From Promethearchaeota archaeon (lineage in GTDB: Archaea; Asgardarchaeota; Lokiarchaeia; Sigyniarchaeales; SOKP01), in NCBI GenBank assembly GCA_030606485.1, contig JAUWGH010000004.1:240001-272000 (forward strand): a stretch of 32,000 nt of DNA, given 5' to 3'. Position numbers and translations under genes: made by a program. The notes beneath the pieces were generated by a model, which was not told the DNA's origin, did not search any database, and saw only the letters and a program-made list of their open reading frames with translations. This document shows, one piece after another, positions 27,861-32,000 of this stretch; the first letter of the stretch is position 1, and every line of letters begins with the position of its first letter.

Positions 27861-27941
27861 TATTGAGAATGCATTAAAATTTAATTAAATTAAATTAAAA
27901 TAAAATCTATCAATTCCGATTATTGAGAATAAATTAAAATT
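27861..27941. repeat. 21-bp direct repeat pair in the divergent hypE/hypF intergenic region
   Basis: TATTGAGAATGCATTAAAATT (27861-27881) and TATTGAGAATAAATTAAAATT (27921-27941); 19 of 21 identical, 60 bp apart. Confidence 0.7.
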
Positions 27942-27959
27942 AATGCTACTCCTATTGAA

Positions 27960-30356
27960 GTGAAAAATATTAAAATTGAAATAAATATCACGGGAATTGT
28001 TCAAGGGGTTGGATTTAGGCCATTTTTATTTAATTTAGCTCGAAAATATGGATTTAATGGATATATTTTAAATCGAGGTAATGCGGGAGTCCATCTTGTT
28101 CTCACTGGAGAAGAAGAATTATTGGATAGATTTGTTGAGGATATTAAATTAAAAAAACCAAAGATTTCCTACGTTGAATCAATTTCGGTTAAAAGAATAG
28201 AGACTGGTGAGGAATTTAAAGATTTAAAGATTCGTAATAGTGAAAAATGTCGTGGAATAAGTCTTACTCTTCCTCCAGACATTGCAATATGTGATGATTG
28301 CGTGAATGATTTAAGAGATAAAAATAAAAAAAGATATTATATGTATCCTTTTGTTGCTTGTGCAGTCTGTGGTCCACGTTATACTACTGTTAATGCTTTA
28401 CCTTATGATCGAGAAAGAAGCACGATGATTAAATTTCCATTATGTGATGAATACAAAACATCATGCGTTAAGGAATATAAAGATTTTAATAATAGACGAT
28501 TTCATGCACAAACTTTTGCCTGCACAGTTTGTGGACCACATTACCAATTATATGATAAATCCAAAAACATAATTGAGACAAATTCCATAAAGGAAATCTT
28601 GGAAATCACAGCAAGAAGAATCAATAGAGGTGAAATTGCCGCAGTTAAAGGGATAGGAGGAGTTCATTTAATTTGTTTGGCTGAAGATGATAAAGTATTA
28701 GAAGAACTAAGAAATAGAAAAAAAGAGCGGAAATATAAACCCTTTGCCATTATGACCCCAAAATTAGAGATTCTTGAAAATTTTGTTGTAATCTCTGAGA
28801 AGGAAAGAGAATTATTAAATTCTTTCAGAAAACCTATTGTAATTCTTGAAAGGAAAAAAAAATCTAATGAAATAATACTTTCAAATCAAGTGGCTCCAGG
28901 TTTAAGTTCAATAGGTGTAATGTTACCTTATGCCGGGATTCATTATCTGCTTTTTGATTTTATAGGGCAAAAACCATTAATTTATACTAGCGGAAATGTA
29001 TCAAATTTACCTATGGGAATAAGAAATGAAATGATTTTTGAGCAATTGAAAGGCCTTGCTGATTTTTTTCTTTTACATAATAGAACAATTTTCCAAAGAT
29101 GTGATGATAGTGTTTTACGAGTTCATAATGATAAAGTTAAATTGATACGTCGATCAAAAGGATATGTCCCAGCATATCTGCCATTGCCTTTTGAAGTTGA
29201 GATTTCAGGTGCTTTAGCAACAGGTCCTGAATTAAATGTAACAGGTGCAGTACTACGACGTAATAGAGTATTCCCAACTCAGCATATTGGGCATATTAAA
29301 AGTCTTGAAACTTTCAATTTTTTAAAAGATGCACTTTTTAATATAAAAAATCTATTGCAAATTGAAGATAATGAAATTAAATTTATTGCATGTGATCTAC
29401 ATCCATCTTTTTATACAACAATTTATGCTAAAGAACTTGCTGAAAAGTATGGGATTAATTATTTCCCAATTCAACATCATTATGCTCATGTTTTGAGTTT
29501 AATGGCTGAAAATAATATAACTCCAGATGAACAAATAATAGCAATTACAACAGATGGAGTAGGTTTTGGACCAGATAATACTGTATGGGGAGGAGAGATC
29601 TTATTTAGTTCCTACAATAAATATCAAAGATTAGGGCATTTAGAATATCAACCCATGATTGGAGGAGATCGATGTGCAAAATATCCAGGAAGAATGTTCG
29701 CCTCGATATTGTTAAATTCTATAGGAGTCGAAGACTCTGAGAAGATATTTGAAAAAATTGGGTTAAAAAATGATTTAGAATATAAAACTGCTGAATTAGA
29801 GGGGATAATATCACAATTTAATAATTCTAGAGGAATTCTTCCCTCCAAAAATATTCCGCTAACTAGCGCTACCGGTAGAATTTTTGATGTTGTATCTTAT
29901 TTGTTAGGTGCATGTAATGTCAAAACATATCAAGGTGAGCCAGCCATTCGATTGGAAGGGTTAGCTTCTAAAGGAAATCCAAAGAATATAAAACTCTCCA
30001 TAGATTATTCTAAAGAAAACGGAAAATATATAATTAAGACCGCGGAAATAATTACTGGTATTTTAAAATTATTACAAGATTCAAATAATAGAAGAGAAGA
30101 TATCGCTGCAGCATTTCAAATTGAGATCGGTAAAGCTTTTGCAAATGTTGCCATTAAAGTGGCCAAACTAAATGAAATTAATAAAATTGGGCTAACAGGA
30201 GGGGTTGCATATAATTATTCATTTAGTAATACAATCAAAAATCTAATTCTTGAGGAAGATCTGATATTTTTAGAACATGATTTAGTTGCTCCTGGTGATG
30301 CAGGTATCAGCACTGGGCAATTAATTGGTGGAATTTTTAAATATAACAATTTATAA
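27960..30356 (+). CDS. hypF: Hydrogenase maturation carbamoyltransferase HypF
   Basis: GIVQGVGFRPF acylphosphatase domain, zinc fingers, RRFHAQ, KGIGG.HL, RRSKGY, QHIG, QHHYAH, DGVGFG and PGDAGISTGQ. Confidence 0.97.
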   Translation: MKNIKIEINITGIVQGVGFRPFLFNLARKYGFNGYILNRGNAGVHLVLTGEEELLDRFVEDIKLKKPKISYVESISVKRIETGEEFKDLKIRNSEKCRGISLTLPPDIAICDDCVNDLRDKNKKRYYMYPFVACAVCGPRYTTVNALPYDRERSTMIKFPLCDEYKTSCVKEYKDFNNRRFHAQTFACTVCGPHYQLYDKSKNIIETNSIKEILEITARRINRGEIAAVKGIGGVHLICLAEDDKVLEELRNRKKERKYKPFAIMTPKLEILENFVVISEKERELLNSFRKPIVILERKKKSNEIILSNQVAPGLSSIGVMLPYAGIHYLLFDFIGQKPLIYTSGNVSNLPMGIRNEMIFEQLKGLADFFLLHNRTIFQRCDDSVLRVHNDKVKLIRRSKGYVPAYLPLPFEVEISGALATGPELNVTGAVLRRNRVFPTQHIGHIKSLETFNFLKDALFNIKNLLQIEDNEIKFIACDLHPSFYTTIYAKELAEKYGINYFPIQHHYAHVLSLMAENNITPDEQIIAITTDGVGFGPDNTVWGGEILFSSYNKYQRLGHLEYQPMIGGDRCAKYPGRMFASILLNSIGVEDSEKIFEKIGLKNDLEYKTAELEGIISQFNNSRGILPSKNIPLTSATGRIFDVVSYLLGACNVKTYQGEPAIRLEGLASKGNPKNIKLSIDYSKENGKYIIKTAEIITGILKLLQDSNNRREDIAAAFQIEIGKAFANVAIKVAKLNEINKIGLTGGVAYNYSFSNTIKNLILEEDLIFLEHDLVAPGDAGISTGQLIGGIFKYNNL

Positions 30357-30448
30357 TTTCAATTTTCCTTTTTTTTTCCATTATTTTTAATTAAATAAAG
30401 TTTATTAAACAAACTTCAATGCTCATATTAAGAAATTAAGGGAAAAAA

Positions 30449-31270
30449 ATGAGTGAAGAAAAAAGAAAAATTCACAGTGAAGGTTATTACATTTTTAGTT
30501 TTATTTCAATGCACATTTTTTCTTTCGGGGTAGCTGGAATAATATTTATATTTTTTATTAAGAATTTCTTTATCCCTAATGTATTAAATGTTTCAAACTT
30601 TTTTGATCTTATTTTAATACCAGAATCATTGATTACAATATTTCTTACTCCTGGAATTATAATTTTAAGCTATTTAATCCATCTCTTTTTAGTAGCAATT
30701 GTCTTAAAATTGATATATAATCATACAGAGAAGTTGGAACCAATGAAAGCGGGAATTATACCGAGAGAAAAAAATAGTAGAGCTTTAAAATATTACCATA
30801 TACGATCATATATTTTAAGATATCCTAAATGGGCATTCACAAAAAGTCCGTTTCCTTGGCTCGCTATTAAACTATTTAATTTCGTTGGAACAACTAATTA
30901 TGGCAAAGGAACAACTCTAGAAGAACAAGTCTGTGGTGAAAAATATATCACGACTGGAAAAAATTGTTATTTTGGAGTAAATGGTGTATTAACTAGCCAT
31001 TTAGTAGAAGGAAGTTTTGGAAATGTACAATTATTTCCCATTAAAATAGGAAATAACGTTAGTCTCTCAACATTTGCTTGTATTCCGCCAGGAACAGAGA
31101 TAGAGGATAATGTAGTGATGTTTCCAGTATCTGGTAGCGCAAAAAATGAGATTTTGAAAAGCAATAACTATTATATAGGAATGCCTGTAAGAAAACTATT
31201 TACTAAAAAAATAAAAGAATTAACGAAACTTAGCGAAGAACAAATAGGTCTAAAGAAAAAACTAAAATAA
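30449..31270 (+). CDS. Membrane-anchored hexapeptide-repeat (left-handed beta-helix) acyltransferase-like protein
   Basis: N-terminal TM helices, then YITTGKNCYFG..IKIGNNVSLSTFACIPPGTEIEDNVV repeats. Confidence 0.75.
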   Translation: MSEEKRKIHSEGYYIFSFISMHIFSFGVAGIIFIFFIKNFFIPNVLNVSNFFDLILIPESLITIFLTPGIIILSYLIHLFLVAIVLKLIYNHTEKLEPMKAGIIPREKNSRALKYYHIRSYILRYPKWAFTKSPFPWLAIKLFNFVGTTNYGKGTTLEEQVCGEKYITTGKNCYFGVNGVLTSHLVEGSFGNVQLFPIKIGNNVSLSTFACIPPGTEIEDNVVMFPVSGSAKNEILKSNNYYIGMPVRKLFTKKIKELTKLSEEQIGLKKKLK

Positions 31271-31288
31271 TTGGAAGTTCTTAAAGCC

Positions 31289-32000
31289 ATGAATGAATTA
31301 TCCGATATAAATGACATAGAGATTGATATTTTAACAAACAATCCCATTGAAAAAAATTCTTTAAAATATATTTGGTTATATGTTCCGATTATATGGTTTA
31401 GTGGAACCTTAGTGATAATTCAATTTACTGCTTTTTGGAGGGACTATGCCTGGATACCTCCACTATTTTATTTGTTATTACCATGGGTGATTTTTATAGA
31501 TTTTTTCATTTTTATTTTCACTTCATTGTTTATTACAAAACTCATATTAATTTTCGTTGAGCTTCTTCACAAACCTAGAGAAGGTGTTTTTAACATTAAA
31601 GAAGAGAAGCGAGAATACAATTTCTGGTGCATTAGAAGAGTTTTAAAAAAATATATTATATGGATTATGCGAAACAGCCCAATGCCATACATTGACATAA
31701 TTGGTTTTAAGTTGATCGGAATCAAAGCAGATTTTTCAAGTTCAATTTTAGATTGCTGGATTGACTTAGAATTTGTTGAAACTGGAAAGAGAGTTTTTCT
31801 TGGGCAGGGTTCATCGATTTTAAGTAGTATGGTAATAGGAAATTATTTAATTATAAAAAAGGTTATTCTTGAAGATAATGTAGTATTGGGAGGCGTAGCA
31901 CAAATATCTCCAGGGACAATTGTAAGAGAAAATACAATAATTGGCGCAGGAACGATGACTAGTTTTAATCAAGAACTAGATCCAAATTGGGTCTATATCG
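31289..32000 (+). CDS. Second membrane-anchored hexapeptide-repeat protein (partial, runs off the right edge)
   Basis: Not in the ORF track. From ATG 31289 (in-frame TTG at 31271): MNELSDIND...TM helices...HKPREGVF...FWCIRR...VETGKRVFLGQGS...KVILEDNVVLGGVAQISPGTIVRENTIIGAGT...NWVYI; same architecture as the upstream gene. Confidence 0.8.
   Translation, partial: MNELSDINDIEIDILTNNPIEKNSLKYIWLYVPIIWFSGTLVIIQFTAFWRDYAWIPPLFYLLLPWVIFIDFFIFIFTSLFITKLILIFVELLHKPREGVFNIKEEKREYNFWCIRRVLKKYIIWIMRNSPMPYIDIIGFKLIGIKADFSSSILDCWIDLEFVETGKRVFLGQGSSILSSMVIGNYLIIKKVILEDNVVLGGVAQISPGTIVRENTIIGAGTMTSFNQELDPNWVYI

Noticed and set aside
28430-28480. HypF zinc finger with Cx6C spacing (CDEYKTSC) instead of Cx2C
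   Set aside because: A small loop insertion with all ligands retained; unlikely to change function.
201-31164. Short ORF-track entries antisense or out of frame to real genes (201-458, 5501-5710, 5918-6100, 6170-6361, 6343-6537, 9433-9705, 10402-10641, 11433-11645, 12175-12396, 17521-17712, 17531-17776, 23459-23641, 24295-24558, 24619-24921, 29648-29848, 30967-31164)
   Set aside because: All overlap well-supported genes and show no recognisable motifs; they are treated as shadow ORFs.
1-32000. CRISPR array, IS/transposase, integrase or provirus
   Set aside because: No regularly spaced repeats, terminal inverted repeats or mobile-element proteins were found, and the tRNA 3' end is not duplicated in the window.

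Overview
Very AT-rich archaeal chromosomal window. By inference it comes from an Asgard archaeon, probably Lokiarchaeia/Promethearchaeota, because it encodes a ribophorin I homolog, a roadblock protein, V4R proteins, an archaeal AbrB-PhoU and an A1-U72 tRNA-Gln. From left to right it holds: (1) phosphate uptake genes pstC (partial) and pstS, with divergent phoU; (2) a large M48/HtpX-like membrane protease; (3) a glycosylation/translocation neighbourhood with an ATP-grasp enzyme, two GT4 glycosyltransferases, an AglH/Alg7-type GlcNAc-1-P transferase, intron-containing tRNA-Gln(UUG), a long Trm112, ribophorin I head-to-head with Sec61beta, MazG, an NDP-sugar epimerase and DUF354; (4) type II MetAP, a roadblock gene followed by a diverged copy of its last 18 codons, and an unknown 451-aa protein; (5) two V4R/TRAPP-fold-like genes, a Gfo/Idh/MocA oxidoreductase and thioredoxin; (6) hypD, hypE and hypF with a B12-radical SAM gene between hypE and hypD; (7) two tandem membrane-anchored hexapeptide-repeat proteins. 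No CRISPR array, transposase, integrase or rRNA was seen. The most notable items are the tRNA with a D-loop (21/22) intron and C33, the duplicated roadblock C-terminal micro-ORF, the V4R pair with an Arl-like N-terminal helix, the ribophorin I/Sec61beta divergent pair and the hypD 5' end that lacks a canonical start codon. All assignments come from reading motifs by eye; no database search was run.
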